A stretch of DNA of 62,165 bases, filler included, from Squatina squatina (Eukaryota): NCBI GenBank assembly GCA_031763465.1. It is 3 parts of 3 records of this genome, joined end to end, with 100 filler letters (N's around TTAATTAATTAA, not from the genome) between each part and the next. Parts side by side here need not be neighbours in the genome. Positions count along the whole stretch, not along the records: positions 49,338 to 62,165 come from JARFOE010000115.1; 2 more parts are not named here. The stretch is one strand, 5' to 3'. Shown here in pieces: positions 49,641 through 61,052 of the stretch (its first letter is position 1; each line of letters starts with the position of its first letter). A model generated the notes under the pieces. It was given only the letters and a program-made list of their open reading frames with translations. It was not told where the DNA came from and did not search any database. The position numbers and the translations under genes are program-made.

Positions 49641-52600
49641 CTGAAACATTGATGATAACACATTAATGTGTAATCAAAATTGTAATGATGCAAGTCTGTT
49701 TAAAAACCTTGTCTTAATTCAGCCAGGCACTCTGCTGCAGTGCACCGGGGCGGATTACAGCTGCCGTCGGGGACCAGATAAGTGTTTCCATTGCAGAGCC
49801 TGCAACGATGACCCTTCCCTTTAAGGGAGGGAAGGAGCCTTCAAACGCAGCAGTGTGCATATCTACCGCTCCACCTGCATTCAGTTGCACTCCAGGAAGG
49901 AAGTGAAGCACTTGATTTAGCACTTCACTTCCTTCCTGGAGCGCAAACCCCGAATTTTAAAAAGTTGAAAAGCATTAGCGTCTGGCGTGATTTTTTTCAA
50001 CTTTTAAAAGTGCAAGTTTCTGTGAAATCCAGGCATTGCGCTGTCGCAGGCACAGAGAGCTGCAAAGAGGCGCTGGAGGGGCGCTCTTTTGAATTCTGCA
50101 GCCAATTTAATGTGACACATCTTGTTAACTAATTGCATTCCCACTGTCTTGTTTCTCATAAAAGCTTGGCTGCTCAACAACTTATTCTGCAATTATTTTA
50201 AGAAATTATTCTCGAAAGTTTGAGATGTCTCAAGACTCTCGCAGGAGCCGGTGCTTCACAGGTGCGGCACTTGAGACCTTGGTAGAGAGGAGGAGGGTAC
50301 ATCTGTACCCTCCCTCGGGAAGGAAAGCAGCTCCATCTGTCCACAGGACCATGTGACAGGCCACAGCGACGGAGGTGTCTGCCTCTGATGTGGACAAGCA
50401 AACTTCTTCCGGCAGTGAGCTGAGGTTCAACGACTTGACTCGATTGGTGCGGGTGAGTGCCACTTGCTCAGTTGTTGAAATGTTGATGAATAGTGACACA
50501 CTAAATGCAGTCATCATTCCAAACGCTTTGAGAAGTTAAACTATTCCCATCTGCTACCAATGGCGCCTGCACCTCAACTATAAGATGGCCATACTGATGT
50601 TGCCATGCAATGATGCTCAGACAATGCCTTCTCATTTGCAGGCCAAGGTAGCTGCTAATAGGTCAGAGCANNNNNNNNNNNNNNNNNNNNNNNNNNNNNN
50701 NNNNNNNNNNNNNNNNNNNNNNNNNNNNNNNNNNNNNNNNNNNNNNNNNNNNNNNNNNNNNNNNNNNNNNTGTCTCGATATCATTTTGAATGACATGGCT
50801 GTACTGCTGCATATCTGAAAATTTTACATACTCTATTATTTTACAGTATTTCTACTGTTCTATCCCATTGCACTTATTACAAGATCCCAATTCTTTCCAA
50901 TAGATCCTGATTCACATTTTTAATCTGATAGTGTCATTTTATTGTCAATTTCTAACTATTATCATTTTTTAAACACCAAGTGTTCATGCACATCTACACT
51001 TTGTCATCATTTTCTTCTCATTCCAGTCAGATTCAAGTGTTTGTAGCCACCTTTAAATGAGCAATGTTATCACAATCTCTTCAAAATTGCACTAGCAGTC
51101 ACTCCAAAAAGTGACTACTTCATTTTATAGAGTTTTATTGCAAAATGGTTCATCTCGAAATGTTCTTCGAGATGTACTACACCGCATTGGAGTGAAACCA
51201 TGTTATTGTCCATTATCATTTACTTTCCTGAATAGGAAAAGCTTGAATTTCTCCTCACATTTGCCACCTGTCTGAGTGCGATGTTAAGAGTTTCTCTTTA
51301 TAGCGGTGCATGAGTCAGAGTTTTAAACGTATGTGGTGCTGTGCCTTTGTATGGCATCAATTCACTGCTCTCAGTGCAGTGTAACTTCTGGTGCTGTTTT
51401 GTGCCAAGCCCATCACTTTGTCCCAATGCAGCGAGAAGGAGTCTAGGTAAATCCGCTGTCACTGCCCACCCCTTCCTGTTTTGTGTGGTAGGGGGAGGCA
51501 AAATAACCTACTTGGTCATTACACATTAACGGAAATATATTGAGTATGATTTTGAAAGTGACAGCATCAGAAATTTGCTGTACTAAGTGAAAAGTCTGAT
51601 ACTGATCTGCAGATTCAATTTAACATGAGCTGTCCATGTATCAATTAAACTAAAAGGTTGAGCTGTCTTCCTGTCTAATATCACATTGGAAATGAATGGT
51701 GTAGTCACTAAAGAGGCATAAAAATTCTGAACATTCACATCAATAATGGTCTCTGTTTTTCTCACCTCCTCTTCTGAAGGCAGAGACTCAGACTGGAATA
51801 TGGTTCTGTGAATGGCAACACCTTTCCAATACCTTATCCAATTGGCCGTTCTCCGGTCGCNNNNNNNNNNNNNNNNNNNNNNNNNNNNNNNNNNNNNNNN
51901 NNNNNNNNNNNNNNNNNNNNNNNNNNNNNNNNNNNNNNNNNNNNNNNNNNNNNNNNNNNNTTGAATGTTTCTCTGAGGAAAACACCACCATATTGGAACA
52001 AAACCCCTGTTATTGTCACTGGCACTTAAGTCATATTGTGGGTGACAAACCAAATGTGACACTAATAGCTATCTACTGTATTACTCTTCAATTAAATTCC
52101 TTCCCTTACCCACAGGATCCCCTTTTTTAATTAAAATAAAATATTACTGTAAGTACATCTTTGAAAACAAGAAAATTGCAAGTGCAGCAGGAGTCACCAA
52201 CAGCTATAATTCTCAAAGATTAATTCAGCATGAACAGCTTACTCTGAATTCTAAATTATTTTGAGGAGCACAAAAGTAAATAAAACATACCAGAAGTTAA
52301 TTTGGATCATCATGGTGCCAACTTATTTGATCAAGTTGTTTTCTGCAGCTTTCAAACTAAAGTATACACTGCAATTTGCCCAGTGACTGCATATCCTCTC
52401 ACATCAGCAGTTGCACTCACGTGATCGAAAACATGTAGACTGACTCAATTTCACTTCAAACTGCTATTCTGAACATACTGAACTGATAGGAAATCTGACA
52501 AACTGTTATTTTCAATGCCACCAGCAATTATGTGATTTGCACCAGTTCTACACTGCTGTTTGAACTAAAACATATGTGCAACAGTAAACTGGCATTGAAC

Positions 52601-53815
52601 GTCATTGGATGAAGAAACAAAATGCACAGAAATACCACTTATAAAACATCTGGTAAGTAACTGTGTCCATCTGCCTTTCCCAAGTCCATGTACAACTGGA
52701 AGCTGCATTTCTTTTTAGGACTTTTAAAAAAAAAATTCAACCAAAGGAGCAAAATTACCTCTGGGAGGAGCGAACTGTGAAATAAGTCTTAACAGTGTGC
52801 AACCTATTCCAATTCTCACTCCCAGATAACGCTGACTCTGTGCAAAGTAACAAGTGTAAATTCTGAAGTTTGACGTTCCTGAATTTTGCCTGCTCTTTAG
52901 GAACTAAACTAGATTCACCCTGTGTGGCCAGCAGCATTCATTCCCTATGTCCTCAACAGTAATGAAATCACATTAGATCCAAAACCCACAATTGCTGGTG
53001 ACCCTACTGGTCAGAAGAACCCTAGTCACTTCCTCTGTATCTGACAGTAAACTATTCTCACTGTTCAAACATTTAATCTGTCTTTTACAATAAGCAAGGA
53101 ACAATATTTGGTGGTGACACATAAAATTATAATGGAGAGAATGAAATCTGGCAAAATAAGAAATATGAAGAGGGAATAGAAAAATACTTGGAACAAACAA
53201 GGGGGGGGGGGGAAAAAAGGTAAAATAGTTCAAAAATGTAAATGTATAAACTCAATGAAAAACCAGGAAAAGAAGGAAACAATGTTTTCAAGAAATCCCT
53301 TATTCCATTATGACCACAGTGTAACTTGATGGGCAAGAATTTCCAGTCCCGACAGGTCCTTCCAGGTGCGTACAAGGTGCGTATGCGCCCGTCGGACCCC
53401 CGCAAGTTCCGGGTTTAGGGATGCACTGTACGTACCCCTAAAGCAGGAGGTTGCGATCTGTCAAGATTTCTCTTAACAGATCCACCGCATCCGAATCTAA
53501 AGAGCCTCTGGGGGCGGAGAGTTGGGCTATTTGCCCAACGAATGCCCTTGAAATTCTTACAACTGAAGAAGCAGGCGTAAAACTTTTNNNNNNNNNNNNN
53601 NNNNNNNNNNNNNNNNNNNNNNNNNNNNNNNNNNNNNNNNNNNNNNNNNNNNNNNNNNNNNNNNNNNNNNNNNNNNNNNNNNNNNNNGTGCGGTTTTGGT
53701 GGTATCCCCATTCATACTAATGCTGATTACGAATAAATGTAATCACCATTAGTATGAATGGAGATATACTTACCTGGATTGGCTAGGCCCGACCACGTGA
53801 CCCTATCCACACCTG

Positions 53816-53982
53816 CGATCGCATGCATGGATGGGATGCATGGGCCTCTACTCATGGGGATCTATAGAGGCGATCCGCATGCATGGATGGGATGCATGGG
53901 CCTGTACTCGCGGGGATCTATAGAGGCGATCCACATGCATGAATGGGATACATGGGCCTCTACTCGCGGGGATCTATAGAGG
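53816..53982. repeat. Tandem repeat, about 56-bp unit, three copies, inside a CpG-rich repeat-like segment (about 53330-54075)
   Basis: gcgatc(c)gcatgcatggatgggatgcatgggcctctactcgcggggatctatagag, three copies. Confidence 0.9.
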
Positions 53983-54185
53983 CCCAGAAGAGGAAGTCTA
54001 TGAACCAAAGGTAAGTTTGTAGAAATCTTTCCAGTCAGAGATCTCCGCACACAGGAAGCCTCCGACCGGAATTTTTGGGTCTTTGTTAAGTTCAGATTCA
54101 TGTCAATTTTCTACACTGCTGTTTCACTATCACACCAGTTGGTTTTGTAGGTACCATGCCATAACAGATAATTTACAAGACTCGC

Positions 54186-54361
54186 CTTCTGTCTTTGGAG
54201 CGGGAATGGGAGCGGTGAGTACGAGAATGCGATCTTGTCCTCCTGCTCGATTTTTTACGGATGAACGTTCTACTATCTGAAGAACTGCTGGAAGTTGATT
54301 TCCTCCGGTGTTTCTTTTTACGACGGCTTCTGGTATCATCTTCACTGTCTGAGGAGTGATG
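54186..54361 (-). CDS. RSRC1: RSRC1 first coding exon (start in gap): [36 protein letters not shown]...SKDR
   Basis: Matches RSRC1 [30 protein letters not shown]; probable donor AG|GCGAGT. Confidence 0.88.
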
Positions 54362-54461
54362 NNNNNNNNNNNNNNNNNNNNNNNNNNNNNNNNNNNNNNN
54401 NNNNNNNNNNNNNNNNNNNNNNNNNNNNNNNNNNNNNNNNNNNNNNNNNNNNNNNNNNNNN

Positions 54462-54565
54462 TTACAACAGTGACTGCACTCCAAAAGTACTTCACTGGCT
54501 GTAAAGCACTTTGAGATGTCCAGTGGTCATGAAGGGTGCTATATAAATGCAAGTTTTTTTTTCTC
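54462..54565 (+). mobile_element. SINE 3' tail (L2-type tail)
   Basis: ttacaacagtgact...gtaaagcactttgagatgtcc...gctatataaatgcaagttttt; related copies at 10420 (+) and about 12710-12780 (-). Confidence 0.65.
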
Positions 54566-57169
54566 AATGCTTCGCACAGGAGGAGCAGAGTATTACCAAG
54601 GGATGAATATTCCCCACCCTGGGGTGGAAACGCATGATCACGGGTGTCCATTTTTCACCCCGCGGCCGGCTTTATTCACCAGGCATTCAGAAACACTGGA
54701 GGTGTGGTCTATTAAAGGGGCCTGCTTTGCAGGGCAAATTATACTCCGCATTCTGGGTCAATGCAAAGCAGTTTTCATGCCAATATCAATCCAAAGATCA
54801 CAGTATAACACCAAAATATCACTACACCCAATTTAAAGCAATACCCAGTTTTTAAATGGAGCTGAGAGACCACCTGGAGATATTAATGCTAATGTACATC
54901 AGCTAGAGAAACTGTTGAGACTTTGCTAGAAAACTGTCCTATAATGCAACGTAGAACATAATATGAAGACACATCCATGTCAAGCATGAGATTTTTTTTT
55001 TTAAATAAAAGGAACAGTCATAAATGTGTATAGTTACAATTAAATCCAATAACAGCTACTTTTTAAAATCTCAAGTATATTTATCTATATTGTCAAATCG
55101 TCAAAAACACCAAAGATGGGTGTACACATGCAAAAATACTTACATAACAAAAGGTTATGTACTTAAGCATTTACTCAATCGCCCATGCACAGGACTCCAG
55201 GAAATGCTGTTATTAACACTACTAAAATAGTACAACCAGGATATCAGCTTGCACCATTCCAAAAACTGTACTGTTGCCATGCCCATACCACAGTACACAG
55301 TATAACTGCAACATCCATCCATCCATCCACTTAGCCAGCCATAAAAATATAGCATGATGAAAACAAGAATAAATTAATTTTGGATGCTATTATGACATGT
55401 CTTTGCTCTCTGTTTGTTGCATATATTATGGTGCTTTTTAAGCACGTTATAATCTTTCACACAAAATACTTGCACAACTTGACAATGTAATTTTTGCTTA
55501 CATCTTTCAATATCATGGAATTTTTTTTAGGTGCATTCCAACTAAAAACATATCTATATTAATTATGTATTGTGCATTGAAACCAACTAAACAATCAGTT
55601 TATCGTAAATAACTTCTAGGTTCTCATAAAGAGATTCAGCAAATCCTAATTACAATNNNNNNNNNNGAAACATGGCACTGCTTTAGCAACTTGGAAGCAA
55701 ACTTCAAGTACATCACACCAGTGTCACTCTTACTGAGGCAACTACTACATTTATAATAAAGTATGGATGCATTCCAATTAGCAGCGTCCAGGTTCACAGT
55801 GGGAAATGGATTGCGCAGGAAACATGAAGAAGGGATGAGGCATGAGTCCAAAACAAAGCCACGCAATTGCATATTTCTAAAAGCATTCTACACATATGAT
55901 GCAAACTCAATCATCTAAATGATCTGCAAATTTGGTACCAGAGCAGCATGAATATATAGACAAAGTGAAATCGAAAGAAAGTGACAGTGGAAAAAAGACA
56001 AATAAATTTGGGGAATATAAAATAGCACAAGAAGTGACATGGAGATTTTAAGCGTCAAATTGAATATTTTAGAGGAAAGGCTATTTGTGTCACAAAAAAT
56101 GGGGCTGGGAAGAGATGGGTGAAGAACAGGTGACTAGGCAGATGATATGAATGCAAAATATGCAAATTTAAAAGCACAGAAATTTTACTTTTTATGCTTT
56201 TACGGTTAACACTTCACACTAAAAATCTGGCAAAAAGTTTAAATACATCAATTATAAATGTCACTGTTCATAAGTCAAAATAGCTAATGAGAAAAAGTAA
56301 TAATCCAACAAAGCTAATTTAAATGCACATTGTTTTGCCAACTAAAAATTTCCAGTAAACTGGTTATGATTTAAACAAACAATTTGCCACTGAAATGAAT
56401 GGATACACTTTAGCGAATTGATGCTTTTCAACACAAGTGATGTGAAACCAAATTCTCTGCAGATATGAAAAATATGTGGGACAATTGCCTTCTATAAAAA
56501 GATAATGTGAACACTAAATGGAATTAGCTTGAAAACATTTTACCACAATAATTAACAGTTAATAGCAAAGCTTTGGAATCCTGAGAAAGTGTGCACTTAA
56601 ACGGTTAGGTGCATTTAATCATCGTGCACTGATTGAAACTACAACAGGAATTATAGGAATAGCAGTGCAACAAACTCATCAGGAGTCATTTCCTAGTGAT
56701 TGCGGATCAGCCGTCTGTTTTACACTCCTACCCAATTTTCCTTTCCATTGCAGAAAAGAAAGTCAGGTGAGGTGTCTAACAGGTGGCCAATCTACAACCA
56801 CCAGTTCTCTGCCCGTGCCCAAAGTGAATATTACCCCCATTTTTTTCACAAGACAACCTTCTTACAATTTAACAAGCCAGACAAGCTATTTAATTGGCTT
56901 AGTTCCCCATCGTAGAAGGCCTACACCTAATTCTCTCTTCCTCCCTTCCTCACCCCACAGTTATTTATGTCCTTCTGACACATTTTTGCATGTGGCTGTC
57001 AATTGGTGAAGGATGCTGTTTAACAGCTGAAAGCCACCACACCCAAAAAACAGATTGGAGCATCTTTCTGCCTCTTTTACTGTACAGACCAAGGACAACA
57101 TGGCACATCAAACGGCAACTGCAGGCAATATAGCCGACATCAATAGCAGCAGCCCAAGGCAAACTGTTA

Positions 57170-57720
57170 GATTCATCCACTTTTAATTTCATTCACTTTG
57201 CCTCCAATTTCCACCCTTCCCTCACCTTCACGTGGTCCATCTCCGACTCTTCCCTTCCTTGACATCTGTCTCCAATTCTGGGGATAGGCTCCTGACAAAC
57301 ATCTACTATAAAGCCCACTGATTTCCACAGCTACCTGGACTACACTTCCTCCCGCCCCGCTTCCTGTTGTAGATTGGCCACCTCCAATCCATTCTCCCAG
57401 TTCCTCCGTTTCCGCTGCATCTGTTCCGACGATGCCACCTTCCACACCAGTGCTTCCAACAGGTCTTCCTTTTTCCTCAAACAAGGATTCCCCTCTACCT
57501 ATTTTCCACACTTCTGCTCTCGCCCCTTCTCGTCCCTTCCTGAACCACAAGGTTCCCCTTGTCCTCACCTTTCACCCCATCAGCTTCCACGTTCAATGGA
57601 TCATCCACTGCCACTTCCGCCACCTTCAGCGTGATCCCACCACCAAAAACATCTTTTCCCTCCCCTACCCTTTCATCATTCCGAAGGGACCGCTCCCTCC
57701 ATGACACCCTGGTCGACACC
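57170..57720 (+). mobile_element. Penelope-like retroelement fragment
   Basis: FASNFHPSLTFTWSISDSSLPFLD...PFSQFLRFRCICSDD...KVPLVLTFHP...FRRDRSLHDTLV; homologous to 36588-37475. Confidence 0.85.
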
Positions 57721-58322
57721 NNNNNNNNNNNNNNNNNNNNNNNNNNNNNNNNNNNNNNNNNNNNNNNNNNNNNNNNNNNNNNNNNNNNNNNNNNNNNNNN
57801 NNNNNNNNNNNNNNNNNNNNTGCACTAGTCACAGTATCCGATGTGCTTCCCACAATAACGTTAAAAATTACGTCAAACAGTTATTCACAATTAACTTCAT
57901 TCAAAAAAGATTATATAATTGTTGATTATTTGTAAGAGTTACTAGACTAATATTATTTAATTTGTGAACCAATAAATTGGTTCCTCGGCCTTTCTACATT
58001 TTTAAGTGATTAGAATACTGTCACAGAACACAACTTTTAGAGTGTAGTACGTACTTAGATGTGAGATGGCAGATGTTTTTATTTAATAGCACCGTACGTT
58101 TACTGAAAGTCTTTGAAAAATAATAGATGACCCAAAATAGATGTAATGGCCTTGTAGTTATTTCAAGTAGTGGATGATTTTCACCAGCTGACTATTATAA
58201 TATACTTAACCACGAATTAGCAATGTTTTTACTGGATTCAAGGTACTTCTAATTGTGTTCCCAGCTGTGCTATGACACTTGACTATAACAGCCTAATAAT
58301 TGTTTCTCCATTTTATTCTCAG

Positions 58323-58522
58323 GTGGAATGCAAAATATTATGCTGCATACCTTTAGTCTGGCCTGTTATACCTACGTAATACTCTCTGGAATGCGCCATG
58401 CTAATGGAACACCAGTTGCTCGGATTTATGGCGATAATGAATTTGAAACTCCAGATGCTCAGGGACCTGTCATTAATATTAACGTGCTTGATGAGAAAGG
58501 TGGCATTGTTGGTTACGCCAAG
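58323..58522 (+). CDS. MOCOS: MOCOS (molybdenum cofactor sulfurase) single internal exon
   Basis: 200 bp, ttctcag|...AAG|gtatgt, open frame; GGMQNIMLHTFSLACYTYVILSGMRHANGTPVARIYGDNEFETPDAQGPVININVLDEKGGIVGYAK aligns with MOCOS GGMENIKQHTF...NGAPVVRIY...QGPIINFNVLD. Confidence 0.85.
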
Positions 58523-60320
58523 GTATGTCATTAAATCTCATGACACTTTCTGCAGGAAATCATTTATAGAATTAGTTGTAATTGAACACCGCTTCTAAGA
58601 ATATGGCAAATGACTTGAGTTCATGACATGAATAAGCAGAAAACCGAAGAAGGGAGAATTGCAGAAACATTTTGATGAATGGCTATATGCCAGCAACCAA
58701 GGTGAGAAAATACATGAGGGAATCATACTTATGATGATAAAGCACCTTTGAAAATAAATCCCACAGAAAAGCTTATACCCTCATACCCCTTTGTGCATTT
58801 GATCATGTTGCACAGGGAAACCCACAGTGATAGTCTTTTGCAATTAAAGACGTTTTCCTCCATGGTAAAGTGCCTTACAAGTCACTGTACCGTGGATGTC
58901 GAGCGATCTAGTGGCATGTTGCACATATAATTATCATGTAAAAAGGTGGATGGCAACCTATATAGTAACAACAGCTGCATATAGACTTTCCTTGGTTTAC
59001 TTGAGCAGAGATTTTGGAATCTGGCTATTAACTGATATTCTATAAAATTTCCCAAATTGACAATGCTGCCCCATTAAGAAAAATATGTAGTGAAGCAACA
59101 CAAAATTAAATTGTTAACCATTTTTGTTTTGTTAACTCATGCTATAACATCAATTTTTTTCTTTTGCTTATGAAGGGAACAATAGGGGAACAAGCCTTTA
59201 AGTGACAAATAGCAGTGTAGGCTGACTCATGGGTTTGGATACGACTAGACTTTCCGTCCTGAAGTAACTATTTTGTACATGACAGCACTTCTCAGCGAAA
59301 TGCTTCATAATAGGTGATATTCAGTGGATGAGTAATATGGAGGCCTGGATTGATAATCCAGATCCCCCATAGAAGATGAACAGCACCAACGCAAATCACC
59401 AATATAATGTAAGCCCATGCCACCAACAGATTTATTGCAAAGCACAGCAAAAACCTGCTCAAGCAACACTACCATTATTTGGCCCACATTCAGCTCTCTA
59501 ACTTTAACTCACCTTCCCGACCCTTTTCAAAACCTCTTGAGTACTGTGCACTCACTGATCAACTCTTAGAACTTTTTAAAGACTCTGTAAATACATTGGG
59601 ATTGAGTCCCTGACAACAATATTTATCAAGGATACCAAAGGAATCTTACGTTCTCGTCAAGGAATTGTCTGGGGTTTTCCACCCAGTCTATGCTTAGGGA
59701 TTAATGATGATTAAATTTGGCTTGACGAATTGTCTTATATCAAAGAGTTTGAATTATATTAGCATTTACAATAGTAACCTCCCATCAGGAGCCACGCAAG
59801 CTATGGAGTGAATAAATTAACCCTTTCTTGTCAATTTTCAAAGAGGTCAGACAGCGAAGTCACAAACAAACAATTGTTCATTAATTTAGAATCATAGCTA
59901 GCAGCGCTTAAACTCAAACGTAAACATTGACCATACAAATAATTAGTAGGTAAGGTTAGCAAACAAAATAACTATGAGGCACTTGACCCAAACAGGGTGC
60001 CATTTAAAAAAAAGATTTATAGTTATGTCATAATTTACCATCAGACAAAAATATGTGTATTTTTTTAAAATAGTCCATGCGTGTATTGTGTAAAAGCTCT
60101 TTTATAAAAACGTTATGTAAGCTGTAAATACCATTTTGATTTACCTTAAGCAAATCAAAAGTTTACCTGATTTTAGCGTGCTTTGGTGTTTTAATGACGC
60201 TGGTTTTGGGGACGATCCAGTCACTGCGCTCCACGATGTGTCATTCTTTTTGGCCACACCCCAGTGCCATCACAGCTCCCCCGTGTTTAGCTAAGTAATA
60301 ACAATAGCAGTAATACTCGC

Positions 60321-60504
60321 TAATTAAATTAATTACCAATGCTTGTCAGTGGTGGATTAATGGCCAATAGCAGCCGCTAGGTATGAGTTGCAGCCCAGGG
60401 GCTGATGATAACTGTGTTCCAGGAGTGGGGACACATCAAGAGTACAAGGGGAGGTAATTGCTGAGTACAAGGGGCGCAGCTGGGCAAGCATTGCAAAGTA
60501 TAAA
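60321..60504 (+). promoter_or_regulatory. SHOX2 proximal promoter elements
   Basis: TAAT-N3-ATTA (60321-60331), CCAAT (60336-60340, 60364-60368) and TATAAA (60499-60504), about 180 bp upstream of the ATG at 60683. Confidence 0.5.
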
Positions 60505-60805
60505 TAGTCTGACTTCAATAGCACATCAGTATTAGATCTACATCTCCGAGCAAGCCGAATTCTGGAAGATCAGGTTTGCATTTCAACTCCAAGACGACGT
60601 ACCACAGAGAAATAAATATTACACGGTTGATGTATTGGAGAGAATAAGAAAGAAAAACAGGGACATATTCCTTAGAACAGCAATGGAAGAACTTNNNNNN
60701 NNNNNNNNNNNNNNNNNNNNNNNNNNNNNNNNNNNNNNNNNNNNNNNNNNNNNNNNNNNNNNNNNNNNNNNNNNNNNNNNNNNNNNNNNNNNNNTTAGAA
60801 CATCA

Positions 60806-61052
60806 ATGGAAGAACTTACAGCTTTTGTTTCGAAGTCTTTTGATCAAAAGGTAAAGGAAAAGAAGGATGGGATCACGTATAGAGAAGTTCTGGAGAGCGG
60901 GCCTGTGCGAGCTCGAGAGCCGGGTATGAGTGAAGGCAGCCGGGATGAAGTGATCAACACACAGCGTGGGGCGTCTCGATCCCCGAGCAGCGAGCCAGAG
61001 ATCGGGCCAGAGAGACCGCGGGACAGCGGCACTCCGAAACTAACCGATCCGG
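60806..61052 (+). CDS. SHOX2: SHOX2 coding exon 1
   Basis: [33 protein letters not shown]...TPKLTDP, G|gtaaac donor (247 bp, phase 1); divergent from RSRC1 as in human, which favours SHOX2 over SHOX. Confidence 0.92.

Noticed and set aside
51151-51174. 9-bp hairpin CATCTCGAA/TTCGAGATG
   Set aside because: Short enough to arise by chance in 62 kb, with no supporting context.
53767-53778. ATACTTACCTGG, identical to the U1 snRNA 5' end
   Set aside because: The match ends after 12 nt with no U1 body or Sm site; it is better read as a minus-strand splice-donor consensus.
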